From NCBI GenBank assembly GCA_003576755.1, contig QEVT01000001.1, positions 641 to 64,640 on the forward strand: a stretch of DNA of 64,000 nt, given 5' to 3'. The notes beneath the pieces are model-generated. The model saw only the letters and a list, made by a program, of their open reading frames with translations. It had not been told where the DNA came from and ran no database searches. The DNA comes from a bacterium (lineage in GTDB: Bacteria > Chloroflexota > Anaerolineae > Epilineales > Epilineaceae). Shown piece by piece: positions 20,253-28,812 of this stretch. Both the position numbers and the translations under genes were made by a program. The first letter of the stretch is position 1. The number at the start of each line of letters is the position of its first letter.

Positions 20253-20900
20253 ATGCTGCAACAGCTGCTGCTCCTGCTGGCCTTGATGGGAGGGTTCCTC
20301 CTCCTCTTGATCCTCTTCGGGGGCGAGATCTGGACCCGGGTGTGGCGCTTTCAGCGCAAGCGCCGCATGGCGCGGCTCGAGCGCTACCGCCCGCGCAACA
20401 TGTGGCGCCGGTTGCGCAAGAAACCGGTGTACGAGGTCGACCTGACGACCATCCGCGACTTCGTGCTGACGCTGCAGCTCTCGCTTTCGCTGGCCGAGAC
20501 ACTGGCCGGCGCGCTCGTGCAGGCCTCGCGGCAGTTCGGCGAGCGCGGCACCTTCGGCGAGCGCCTGACGGTGCGCGTCCGCAGCCAGTTGCAGGTCGAG
20601 CCCGAAGCCGTCATCCGTGCCCTGGCCGAGGACTTCAGCTCGCCGCACATGCACGAGCTGGCGGATCGCCTGGACCTGGCGCACGAGGGCGGCCTGTCGT
20701 ACAGCGAGGCGGTCAACACCACCCTCGACGACATCGAGGAGGAGATCCGCATCGGGGTCGAGAAGGAGATCGAGCGGGCACCGGTCATGTTGACCATCCC
20801 GATGATCATGGGCGTGTTCTTCGCGGCGCTGGCGCTCCTGGGCTACCCCCTGATCATCCTGATGTTCGACGCCGCGGGCGCCGCTCAAGGCGGGCGCTGA
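20253..20900 (+). CDS. tadC: Flp pilus assembly membrane protein TadC
   Basis: Second T2SS-F-like membrane protein; starts 1 nt after the tadB stop. Confidence 0.75.
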   Translation: MLQQLLLLLALMGGFLLLLILFGGEIWTRVWRFQRKRRMARLERYRPRNMWRRLRKKPVYEVDLTTIRDFVLTLQLSLSLAETLAGALVQASRQFGERGTFGERLTVRVRSQLQVEPEAVIRALAEDFSSPHMHELADRLDLAHEGGLSYSEAVNTTLDDIEEEIRIGVEKEIERAPVMLTIPMIMGVFFAALALLGYPLIILMFDAAGAAQGGR

Positions 20901-21185
20901 GCCCGAGCGGCTCGAGCGCCGGCGCGGACGGCGGACGCCGGGGCGTGGACGATCGGCCGAGCGGCGCGAGTCAACCGAAACCCACCGGAAGGAACCCGGC
21001 CGGGCCAGCGCCCGGCCGGGTTTTCTGTTGCCGAGGCCGGCTCGGTCGTGCGCCAAGGGCAGGGGATCTCACAGGTCTGCCGGCGGTCACCGTGATCCGT
21101 GGCGTGTCGCGTCCGGCGACCGGCCGCGCTAGCTGACGTCTTGCTGACAATTGCCCGCGACAAGCCTGACAACGGCGCCTGGCAC

Positions 21186-21214
21186 TTGCCAAGCTTGCCG
21201 CTTCGTGATAGAAT
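21186..21214 (+). promoter_or_regulatory. Sigma-70-like promoter upstream of flp1 (TTGCCA - 17 nt - TAGAAT)
   Basis: Hexamers and spacer read directly. The element ends 43 nt before the flp1 ATG at 21258. Confidence 0.45.
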
Positions 21215-21257
21215 GGTGGCTAGTTCATCCGTTTTCACTCGAGGAGGTACCTTCCCA

Positions 21258-21518
21258 ATGGTTAATTCCCTGAAGCGCTTCTGGAACGACGAGAGCGGTC
21301 CGGAGCTGGTGGAGTGGGCGGTCGTGACCATCATCCTGTTGGTGGCGGCGATCGTGCTCTACATCGCGGTGGGCAAGCTTCTCGGCAACGTGATCTGCGG
21401 CATTCAGTGCTGGCTGAGCAAGGCCGCGTCGTCCGAGGGCCACAAGGCCGCTGCCGGCACGGGCATGGGCACGTGCGACAAGGCCGAGCGCAACGACGAC
21501 GGCAGCTGCAACTTCTAG
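21258..21518 (+). CDS. flp: Flp-family prepilin (Flp1) with a C-terminal Cys-containing extension
   Basis: GAGGAGG RBS. The Flp-type motif G-PELVEWAVVTIILLV (G/xxxxEY-like cleavage region) is followed by a hydrophobic segment. Confidence 0.7.
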   Translation: MVNSLKRFWNDESGPELVEWAVVTIILLVAAIVLYIAVGKLLGNVICGIQCWLSKAASSEGHKAAAGTGMGTCDKAERNDDGSCNF

Positions 21519-21606
21519 TCTGAATGCGGCGCTTCACGGCGCCGGACAACGCGCCCACGGCGGGTTTCGCTCGCGAGACCGCCAGGCGTCGACACACAGC
21601 AGCAAA

Positions 21607-21638
21607 CCGGGCAGGGCTGGCATCACGGCCCTGCCCGG
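21607..21638 (+). terminator. Hairpin (11-bp stem ccgggcagggc / gccctgcccgg, 10-nt loop) followed by tctgtatct
   Basis: Perfect inverted repeat 89 nt after the flp1 stop. Typical position for a pilin-gene attenuator/terminator. Confidence 0.5.
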
Positions 21639-21830
21639 TCTGTATCTGGCGGACGGAGCACCCTCCGCGGGTCGCTTGAGCCTGCCGGCTGCGGGGACAC
21701 CGGTCTGCGGCGAGAGGCGGCGCTTCGGCGGTCCGGAGCGGCCCGCGACCACCGTGGCATCATTCTTGCTATATCGATCTTGCGGGTGCCGGCGCCGGCC
21801 GGCGCACCACCGATGGGAGGTGACCTAATC

Positions 21831-22061
21831 ATGCGTGCATCATTCGCTTTCAGGCGGTTCTGGGACGACGACCGCGGCGCCGAGATGGTCGAGTGGGCGC
21901 TGGTGACGCTCATCCTGCTCATCGCCACGTCCAGCGTGATCATCGGGCTGCGCGAGATGATCGTCGACGCGCTCAAGTCGATCTTCGCCGCCCTGCAGGA
22001 GGACCCGGCGGACGCGTGGACGACTGGCTCGGTGGCGCCGCCGCCGACCCCGAACCCGTGA
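21831..22061 (+). CDS. flp: Flp-family prepilin (Flp2)
   Basis: GGGAGG RBS. MRASFAFRRFWDDDRGAEMVEWALVTLILLIA is paralogous to Flp1. Confidence 0.65.
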   Translation: MRASFAFRRFWDDDRGAEMVEWALVTLILLIATSSVIIGLREMIVDALKSIFAALQEDPADAWTTGSVAPPPTPNP

Positions 22062-22101
22062 CCCTGGCCGCCCTTCGTCACGGCCACGACAGGCGCGCCC
22101 C

Positions 22102-22626
22102 ATGCCGCAATGGCTGAATCCCGAGGCCACCCTGTGGATCGTCAAGATCGTCATCACGCTGTGGATGGTCGCGGTGTCCGTGCTGGACCATCGCGACGGA
22201 CGCATCCCCAACCGCCTGACGGGGCCGGTCTTTCTGGGTGTGGGGGCGTATCGGATCCTCTGGGAGGGGTTGTGGCAGGGCGAACATGTCCGCCTGTGGT
22301 TGCTGGCGGCATGGGCCGTCGTCTACGGGCTGTGGATGCTGCACTTCATCGGGGGCGGCGACGGCAAGTTCCTGATGGCGCAGCTCGCGCTGTTCCCGAG
22401 CATGGAGTACGTGGCGGTGTTGGCCCTGGTCCTGCTGGTGCTGACGGTGCCGTTGCTGGTGTGGACGATGCGGGGCCGCTCGCCGGGCGCTTTGCTGCGC
22501 GGGGTTTGGGCCCGGCTGCAAACCGGCGAGGTGCTGCCGACGGAAGAAGAGCTCCAAACGCACGGCAAGCGCTACGCGTGGACCTATGCCGTGCCGGGGA
22601 TCGTGTACACGTGGGTGTACTGGTGA
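22102..22626 (+). CDS. tadV: Prepilin peptidase TadV/CpaA (A24 family)
   Basis: Catalytic-Asp-containing segments (DHRDGRIPN, GGGDGKF) and a multi-TM protein. Confidence 0.75.
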   Translation: MPQWLNPEATLWIVKIVITLWMVAVSVLDHRDGRIPNRLTGPVFLGVGAYRILWEGLWQGEHVRLWLLAAWAVVYGLWMLHFIGGGDGKFLMAQLALFPSMEYVAVLALVLLVLTVPLLVWTMRGRSPGALLRGVWARLQTGEVLPTEEELQTHGKRYAWTYAVPGIVYTWVYW

Positions 22627-22686
22627 CGGACCGTGGGCGGGGTCGTGTCCGCATCGGTGTCCGTTGAGCGAACAGGTGGTGTGGAG

Positions 22687-23223
22687 ATGAGGCATCCGAT
22701 GACACGGTTTTCAAGATACCGTGACGGGGTTCGGGCGGTGTGCCGCCGAGCCTGGGGGTCGGCCGCGCGATTCGGCGGCGATCGCCAGGGTGGCACCGCC
22801 GTGCAGGCGATCATGTTCCTGCCGGTCATCGCGGTGGCCATGTTCGGCCTGATCCGCGTGTGGCAGGTGATCCAGGTCCGCGACTCGCTGCACACCGGCA
22901 CGTACCTCGCCACGCGCTACATGTCGCTGTACACGCCGGAGACGTCGGATCCGGTGTTCTGGGAGGACATCGCTTACAAGTTCATCCTCGCCGAGCTCGA
23001 GGCCAACCCGTGGGTGGACAAGATGCGCCTCATCCCGGGCAGCCCGACGATCGGGGTGACGGTCGTGCTGACCGACGGCGGCTACGAGTGCACCAACGAC
23101 TTTACGGTCGAAGCCAAGTACACGATGAACGTCATGGGCGGCGATCCCGGCCAGAACGGCCTGCCCGGGCTGTCCGACATCACGCTCGTCGACCTTCGGA
23201 AGGGTGAGGTCCTGTGCAAATGA
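22687..23223 (+). CDS. tadE: TadE/TadG-like pseudopilin 1
   Basis: TadE-like N-terminus (GGTAVQAIMFLPVIAVAMFGLI). Start trimmed to MRHPMTRF. Confidence 0.6.
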   Translation: MRHPMTRFSRYRDGVRAVCRRAWGSAARFGGDRQGGTAVQAIMFLPVIAVAMFGLIRVWQVIQVRDSLHTGTYLATRYMSLYTPETSDPVFWEDIAYKFILAELEANPWVDKMRLIPGSPTIGVTVVLTDGGYECTNDFTVEAKYTMNVMGGDPGQNGLPGLSDITLVDLRKGEVLCK

Positions 23224-23942
23224 ACGCCTATCTCGAGCGCTTGCGGTCCAGGGTGGCCGGCGCGGTGGCGTCGCGCTGGGCGATGGCGCGGGCCGAAACG
23301 CGGCGCTGGCATGGCGACCGGAGTGGCGCGACGCTCGTCCAGTTCATCGTCGTCCTCCCGGTCTTCATCATGGTCGTCATCGGCATGTACGGCGTGTTCA
23401 CGGTCATGTCGTCACGTGACATGCTGTGTCAGGCGGCGTGGGAGGCCTCGCGCTACCTGCAGGTCGAGGGCCCGTTCTTCCCCGACAATGATCCGGCCTA
23501 CAACTACCCCGATGGTTGGGAGAGCATCGCCCGGCAGATCGTCGACCAGCAGCTCGCGTCGCGCACATACACCCTGCTGTACCCCGTCGACAAGGTCGAC
23601 ATCACGCCCGACATCATCCGGACGTCGCCGAAAGACTCGCTGGCGGTCAGCCCGGCCGAGGTCGACAACGGACGTTTCGAGATCCAAGTGTCCAAGGCCA
23701 TCACCAACCCGATGGGCGTCATGCTGGGGGTGGACCCCGGGCTCGAGAAGATCAACCTGACGTGCAAGGTCGGCGGGTTCTACGAGGGGCCGCCGGTCGG
23801 GCCGACCGACACCGGCCGTGGCCAGGCGGGCTGCCCGCGGGTATCGGTGCAGTGCCCGCCCAACCGGGGCGAGACCAACACGCCGACGCCGCGCCGGGGC
23901 GACCCGACGCAGTGCCCGGTCTGCGCGACGGCGCGGCCGTAG
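23214..23942 (+). CDS. tadE: TadE/TadG-like pseudopilin 2
   Basis: SGATLVQFIVVLPVFIMVVIGMYGVF TadE-like motif. GGAAGGGTGAGG RBS. Confidence 0.6.
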   Translation: MQMNAYLERLRSRVAGAVASRWAMARAETRRWHGDRSGATLVQFIVVLPVFIMVVIGMYGVFTVMSSRDMLCQAAWEASRYLQVEGPFFPDNDPAYNYPDGWESIARQIVDQQLASRTYTLLYPVDKVDITPDIIRTSPKDSLAVSPAEVDNGRFEIQVSKAITNPMGVMLGVDPGLEKINLTCKVGGFYEGPPVGPTDTGRGQAGCPRVSVQCPPNRGETNTPTPRRGDPTQCPVCATARP

Positions 23943-23955
23943 CGGCGAAGGAGGC

Positions 23956-24795
23956 ATGATGAACATGTGGCAGCGATGCAAGGCCGCCGGGCGGCACTGG
24001 ACGGCCGACTGGCACGACGACGAGCGCGGCACCTCGATGATCACCACCGTGGTCACCCTGCCGTTGTTCCTCGTCATCCTGCTCGGCATCTTCGGCCTGT
24101 TCCGGGTGCTGGCGGTCAAGTGGGTGATGAACCGCGGCGTCCAGGAGGCGGCACAGTACCTCAGCGAGGACGGACGTTACTGGGAGCTGAACCAGACGGT
24201 CGGGGGCACGGCGGGCGTCTCCAACACACTCCTGCCGGCCGACTACTACGACATCGAAGCCAGGCGCATCGTCATCAGCCGGTTGCGCGATGTCTTCAAC
24301 GATGACCAGATCTACAACTTCGTCACCGATACGCTCGTGGTCAACGTCACCGAGCCGATCCTGGCCGAGGTTCCCGGTGCCACGCCCGACCCCGACCGGA
24401 TCGAGATCGGCCAGATCGACGACATCTGCGACAAGCCGCGGATCTACAAGGCCGAGGAGCCCGGCGAGTTCCGCCACTGGAACAACATCCGTTTCCGGGT
24501 GTACGCCGAGCTCGAGATGCCGCTGCCGTGGATGCCGTTCATCCCGTTTACGACACAGATCACGCCGACGCTGAAGTTCCAGAATCGTGCCGTGGGCTAC
24601 GTGCAGTGCCCGCGCTGGAACGGGACACGCGAGGGCATGGAAATCGACAAGTCGAAGGAGCTGGCACGCGAGGGTCCGGGCCTCAAGTACCGCAACATGG
24701 CCACGCCGTGGTTCCCGACCGTCACGCCGCTGCCGGCGCCGACCAACCCGATCACACCGACCGTTACGGTGCCGACGATCACGCCGCCCCCGTAA
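23956..24795 (+). CDS. tadE: TadE/TadG-like pseudopilin 3
   Basis: AAGGAGG RBS. RGTSMITTVVTLPLFLVILLGIFGLF TadE-like N-terminus. C-terminal PT-rich tail. Confidence 0.6.
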   Translation: MMNMWQRCKAAGRHWTADWHDDERGTSMITTVVTLPLFLVILLGIFGLFRVLAVKWVMNRGVQEAAQYLSEDGRYWELNQTVGGTAGVSNTLLPADYYDIEARRIVISRLRDVFNDDQIYNFVTDTLVVNVTEPILAEVPGATPDPDRIEIGQIDDICDKPRIYKAEEPGEFRHWNNIRFRVYAELEMPLPWMPFIPFTTQITPTLKFQNRAVGYVQCPRWNGTREGMEIDKSKELAREGPGLKYRNMATPWFPTVTPLPAPTNPITPTVTVPTITPPP

Positions 24796-24882
24796 CGGGG
24801 ATGTACCGGCTGCTCTCGGCAGGTCGCTTCTGATGTCGCAGCCGGCCCTTTGCCGAGCGTGAGGCATGCTACTTCGCAGGGA

Positions 24883-24909
24883 CAGGCTCCCCGGTTGTCG
24901 GGGAGCCTG
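24883..24909 (+). terminator. Hairpin (11-bp stem caggctccccg / cggggagcctg, loop gttgt) after the tad operon
   Basis: Perfect inverted repeat between the tadE3 stop (24795) and the next gene's start (24927). Confidence 0.5.
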
Positions 24910-24926
24910 CTGCGTGGCGGCGCCGC

Positions 24927-25712
24927 ATGGCGCGGCCGCCGGTAGCCGCTGAGCCCATGGCCGCCTTTCCACCCTTCCCTCCCGACACCGATGCTGGCGG
25001 CGTCGCCGGGCGCCTCGCGGCGGTCCCGTTCTTCGCGGCGCTCTCGGCGACCGAGCTCGCCGCCATCGCGCCGTGCTTCGCGTACCGTGCATGCGCCGCG
25101 CACGACGTGCTCTTCTTCGAAGGCGAGCCGCCGCACCGGCTGTACGTCGTCCTCGACGGGTTCTTCAAGCAGGTCAAGCACGCCGACGACGGCCGCGATG
25201 TCATCCTGCACATCGCCATGGCAGGCGACCTCGTCGGCGGGGTGGCCGCCTTCGGCCGGCGCCCCCATCCGTTTACGGCGCGGGCCATGACGCCGAGCGC
25301 GGTGCTCGCGGTGGCCGGCGCAGCGTTCGCGCAGATCATGGAGCGGCACCCCAGCGTGGCGCGGCGTACCGTCGACGACCTGAGCGCGCGCCTCATCGAC
25401 GCCCACGAAGACCTCAAGAGCCTTGCCGTCGAGCGGGTCGACCGCCGGATCGCCCGCCACCTGCTTCGCCTGGCGGCGCAGGCCGGGCGGCCGGTGCCGG
25501 GCGGCACCGCCATCGGGATGCCACTCACCCGCCAGGACGTGGCCGACATGGCGGGCACGACCGTCGAGACAGCCATCCGCGTGCTGAGCCGCTGGCGCCG
25601 GGAAGGGATGGTCGTCACGGCCGGCGGCTGCCTGGTCATCGCCGACCGCGCCGCGCTGGAGGCCGCCGCGGACATGACCGCCGTCATGGCGGCCGGCCGC
25701 CCGGCCGGCTAG
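24927..25712 (+). CDS. Crp/Fnr-family transcriptional regulator
   Basis: N-terminal cNMP-binding-like beta-roll (LFFEGEPPHRLYVVLDGFFK) and a C-terminal HTH (LTRQDVADMAGTTVETAIRVLSRW). Confidence 0.75.
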   Translation: MARPPVAAEPMAAFPPFPPDTDAGGVAGRLAAVPFFAALSATELAAIAPCFAYRACAAHDVLFFEGEPPHRLYVVLDGFFKQVKHADDGRDVILHIAMAGDLVGGVAAFGRRPHPFTARAMTPSAVLAVAGAAFAQIMERHPSVARRTVDDLSARLIDAHEDLKSLAVERVDRRIARHLLRLAAQAGRPVPGGTAIGMPLTRQDVADMAGTTVETAIRVLSRWRREGMVVTAGGCLVIADRAALEAAADMTAVMAAGRPAG

Positions 25713-25817
25713 AATGGAATCGATGTGGGCGAGCCGCCGCCGCGCCGAGGTGCACCGGTATCTCTGAGCGTGGCGCCCCACGCCTGCCACCGCCGATCCG
25801 AACGAGGAACACGAGCC

Positions 25818-26114
25818 ATGACCCACGTCATCACCCAACTCTGCACCCGCGAAGCCGACTGTGTCGATGTGTGCCCCGTGAACTGCATCGTGCCCGGCCA
25901 CCCCGAGGCCGAATGGCCGCTCTTCTACATCGACCCGGACATCTGCATCGACTGCGGCGCGTGTGTGCCGGTGTGCCCACCCGAGGCGATCTTCCCGGAG
26001 ATGGACGTGCCCGCTCAGTACGCGGCCGACACGGCGCTCAACGCCCGCTTCTTCACCGAAGGCCCAGGGTACGCGGCCGGCGTCGCGCTCTACGAGCTCG
26101 GGCGCCACAAGTAA
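25818..26114 (+). CDS. Ferredoxin (4Fe-4S, 7Fe-type)
   Basis: MTHVITQLCTREADCVDVCPVNCI...CIDCGACVPVCP cysteine clusters. GAGGAA RBS. Confidence 0.85.
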   Translation: MTHVITQLCTREADCVDVCPVNCIVPGHPEAEWPLFYIDPDICIDCGACVPVCPPEAIFPEMDVPAQYAADTALNARFFTEGPGYAAGVALYELGRHK

Positions 26115-26164
26115 GCGCACCCGCCGGCATCCGGGGCGCGGGCTCCGGCCCTCTCCGCGGGCTG

Positions 26165-26193
26165 TTGACAGCCCCGACACGCGTGTTTATACT
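26165..26193 (+). promoter_or_regulatory. Near-consensus sigma-70 promoter (TTGACA - 17 nt - TATACT) upstream of phzF
   Basis: Hexamers read directly at 26165-26170 and 26188-26193. Confidence 0.5.
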
Positions 26194-26276
26194 GCGCAGC
26201 CGGCGGCCGATTCTCGGCGTGCCGGCGTGCCGTGCGCGATCGGCCCGGTGCCGCCGCCCAGCGTAGGAGACCGTGT

Positions 26277-27185
26277 GTGCGCAAAGTGCACTTCATCCAG
26301 GCGGATGTGTTCAGCGACAGCCCGTTCGGCGGCAACCCCGTGGTGGTGGTGCCGGACGCCCGGGGCATGACGGCGGACGAGATGCAGGCGTTGGTCCGCG
26401 GCATGAGCTTCGCCGAGACCGCGTTCGTCGTGCCCCCGAGCCGACCGGATGCCGCGTTCGCGCTGCGCTGCTTCACGCCGACCACCGAGGTGGCGTACTC
26501 CGGCCACCAGCTCCTCGGCGCGACGTTCGTGATGGCCGGGCGCGGCCCGTTGCCGCTTGCCGACGGCCGATCTCAGGTGATGGTCCAGATCGCGGACGAT
26601 GTCGTGCCCGTGACGATCGGGCACGGACCGGACGGACGCATCCTGCGGGTGGCCGCCCTCGACCAGCCCGCGCAGTTCGTCCGGGTCGTCGACGACTTCA
26701 GCACGACCGCCGCCGCGTTGTCCACCGATCCCCTGGAGATCCTCCACACGGGGTTGCCGATCCAGGTGGTGCAGACGGGCCTGTCGTGCCTCATCGTGCC
26801 GATGCGGTCGTTGCGCACGGTGCGGGCCGTCATGCCGATGCGCCAGGCCCTCGACGCGGTGCTGCAGGACGTCGGCGCGGTGTGTGCGCTGGTGTTCACC
26901 ACCGAGACCCTGGCGGCGCGCAACGACGTTCACGTTCGGGTGTTCGCGCCGCCGCTCGGTGTCGACGAGGACCCTGCCACGGGCAGCGCGAATGGTGCGC
27001 TTGCGGCCTACCTGTGGCGGCACGGCGTCAAGACGGCCCCGCGGGCCCGGTTGCGGTGCGAGCAGGGAAGCGAGATCGGTCGCCCGAGCGTCGTCGAGAT
27101 CGAGGTCGATGCCGCGGCGCAGCCCATGTCGATCCTTGTCGGCGGCCGGGTGGCACGCAGCGTCGAAGGCAGCGTGTTCTTCTAG
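26277..27185 (+). CDS. PhzF-family isomerase (phenazine biosynthesis-like protein)
   Basis: PhzF/DapF-fold hallmarks (FIQADVFSDSPFGGNPVVVV...). AGGAGA RBS 6 nt before the GTG at 26277. Confidence 0.75.
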   Translation: MRKVHFIQADVFSDSPFGGNPVVVVPDARGMTADEMQALVRGMSFAETAFVVPPSRPDAAFALRCFTPTTEVAYSGHQLLGATFVMAGRGPLPLADGRSQVMVQIADDVVPVTIGHGPDGRILRVAALDQPAQFVRVVDDFSTTAAALSTDPLEILHTGLPIQVVQTGLSCLIVPMRSLRTVRAVMPMRQALDAVLQDVGAVCALVFTTETLAARNDVHVRVFAPPLGVDEDPATGSANGALAAYLWRHGVKTAPRARLRCEQGSEIGRPSVVEIEVDAAAQPMSILVGGRVARSVEGSVFF

Positions 27186-27232
27186 GTGCGCCCGCCCGAT
27201 CGCCAACCGTCGACCATCCGGGCCGGCCGGGC

Positions 27233-28546
27233 ATGTCGGTGGCGGCCGAACGCCGGCTCGGCATGATCGCCGACCTCGTCATCGAGCACGCCACGCTCGT
27301 CACGGTGGCGGGGGGCACCGGGCCACTGCGGGGAGCGCGCCAGGCGGACCTCGGCGTCGTCCCCGACGGCGCCGTGGCCGTGGCGGATGGGCGCATCGCG
27401 GCGGTTGGGCCGCGTGCGGCGGTGCTGCGCGCGCTGTCGGGGGTGCCTGCCGCGGTGTTCGACGCCGGAGGGCGCGTGGTGTTGCCGGGCTTCGTCGACG
27501 CGCACACCCATCCGGTGTGGGCGGGCAGCCGTGCGGAGGAGCTCGAGCAGCGGATCGCCGGCGCCACGTACGTCGAGATCATGGCCGGCGGCGGCGGCAT
27601 CGGCAGCACCGTGCGCGCCACGCGCGCCGCGTCGGAGACCCGGCTGCTGGCAGACCTTCTCGGCCGTCTGGACCGCCTGCTCGCCTTCGGGGTGACCACG
27701 GTCGAGGCCAAGACCGGCTACGGTTTGTCGACCGAGGAGGAGCTGCGCCACTTGGCGCTGCTGGCCGAGGCCGATCGCCGGCATCCGGTGCGCATCGTTC
27801 CGACCTTTCTCGGCGCCCATGCCGTGCCCGACGGGTTCCGCGGCCGTCCGGATGCCTACGTGGACCTGGTCGTCGACGAGATGCTGCCGGCCGTGGCGAC
27901 GGCGTGGCCCGGCGTGTTCTGTGACGTGTTCTGCGACGACGGCGCGTTCACGCTCGCCCAAGCCGAGCGCATCCTCCGGCGTGCGGCGGCGCTCGGGCTG
28001 GGGCTGAAAGCGCATGCCGACGAGTTCGCCAACCTCGGCTGCACGGCGCTGGCGGCCGGGCTCGGGGCCACGAGCGTCGATCACCTGGTGGCGACCACGG
28101 CGGAAGACGTTGCCGTCCTCGCTGCTCGCGGCAGCGTGGCGGTCCTCCTGCCGGGGACGACGTTCGGGCTCGGCTCGACACGCTTTGCTCCGGCGCGCGC
28201 CATGGTGGCGTCCGGTGTGCCGGTGGCGCTCGGCACCGACCTCAACCCCGGCACGTGCCCCAGCGAGAGCATGCCGCTCATGCTGGCGCTCGCCACGCGC
28301 TACCTCCGCCTGTCCACCGCCGAAGCCATCGTCGCCGCCACGCGCAACGCGGCCTACGCGTCGGGCCGCGGCGAGATGGCCGGACGGCTGGAGCCGGGGT
28401 TCGCCGCCGACGTGATCGTGATCGACGGCGACGACTACCGTGACCTTGCCTACCGCTTCGGCGGCAACCCGGTCGTGCGGGTGATGGTCGGGGGCCGGTG
28501 GGTGGCCGGCGACGGCGTGCCCAATGCCGAGCGGCGCGCTAGTTGA
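27233..28546 (+). CDS. hutI: Imidazolonepropionase (amidohydrolase superfamily)
   Basis: LPGFVDAHTHPVW metal-binding motif plus the HutI-like C-terminus (DLNPGTCPSESMPLMLALA). Tail of ORF 26273..28546. Confidence 0.8.
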   Translation: MSVAAERRLGMIADLVIEHATLVTVAGGTGPLRGARQADLGVVPDGAVAVADGRIAAVGPRAAVLRALSGVPAAVFDAGGRVVLPGFVDAHTHPVWAGSRAEELEQRIAGATYVEIMAGGGGIGSTVRATRAASETRLLADLLGRLDRLLAFGVTTVEAKTGYGLSTEEELRHLALLAEADRRHPVRIVPTFLGAHAVPDGFRGRPDAYVDLVVDEMLPAVATAWPGVFCDVFCDDGAFTLAQAERILRRAAALGLGLKAHADEFANLGCTALAAGLGATSVDHLVATTAEDVAVLAARGSVAVLLPGTTFGLGSTRFAPARAMVASGVPVALGTDLNPGTCPSESMPLMLALATRYLRLSTAEAIVAATRNAAYASGRGEMAGRLEPGFAADVIVIDGDDYRDLAYRFGGNPVVRVMVGGRWVAGDGVPNAERRAS

Positions 28547-28655
28547 GCATCACCGCGAAGCCGCTGATCACCATGCTGATCGCGACGAGGATGCCGACGA
28601 CGATCAGGATCTTCTCGTTGCGGGTGCGCTTGGTCGCACGGCGCTTGCGGGCCAT
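28539..28655 (-). CDS. Possible small membrane protein (38 aa; MARKRRATKRTRNEKILIVVGILVAISMVISGFAVMLN)
   Basis: Hand-translated. GGAG RBS upstream, basic N-terminus plus one TM helix. Converges on and overlaps the hutI stop by 8 nt. Absent from the ORF track because it is under 60 aa. Confidence 0.25.
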   Translation of the reverse strand: MARKRRATKRTRNEKILIVVGILVAISMVISGFAVMLN

Positions 28656-28812
28656 GTCCGTTCACTCCCCCGGCCGCGGTCGCGCGGCCGTCCAATGGTC
28701 TGGCGATATCGGTGGACCGCTGCAGCGGTCTGTGTTCGGCCCACAATCATAGCCACGGCGAAGCGCGGCAGGCAACCTGCACGGCGCCCCGAGGGTGCCG
28801 TACGGTCGTCCG

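Noticed and set aside
21519-21830. Promoter for flp2 (ttcttgctatatcgat region)
   Set aside because: An AT-richer patch exists, but I could not place -35 and -10 hexamers with acceptable spacing, so I did not call it.
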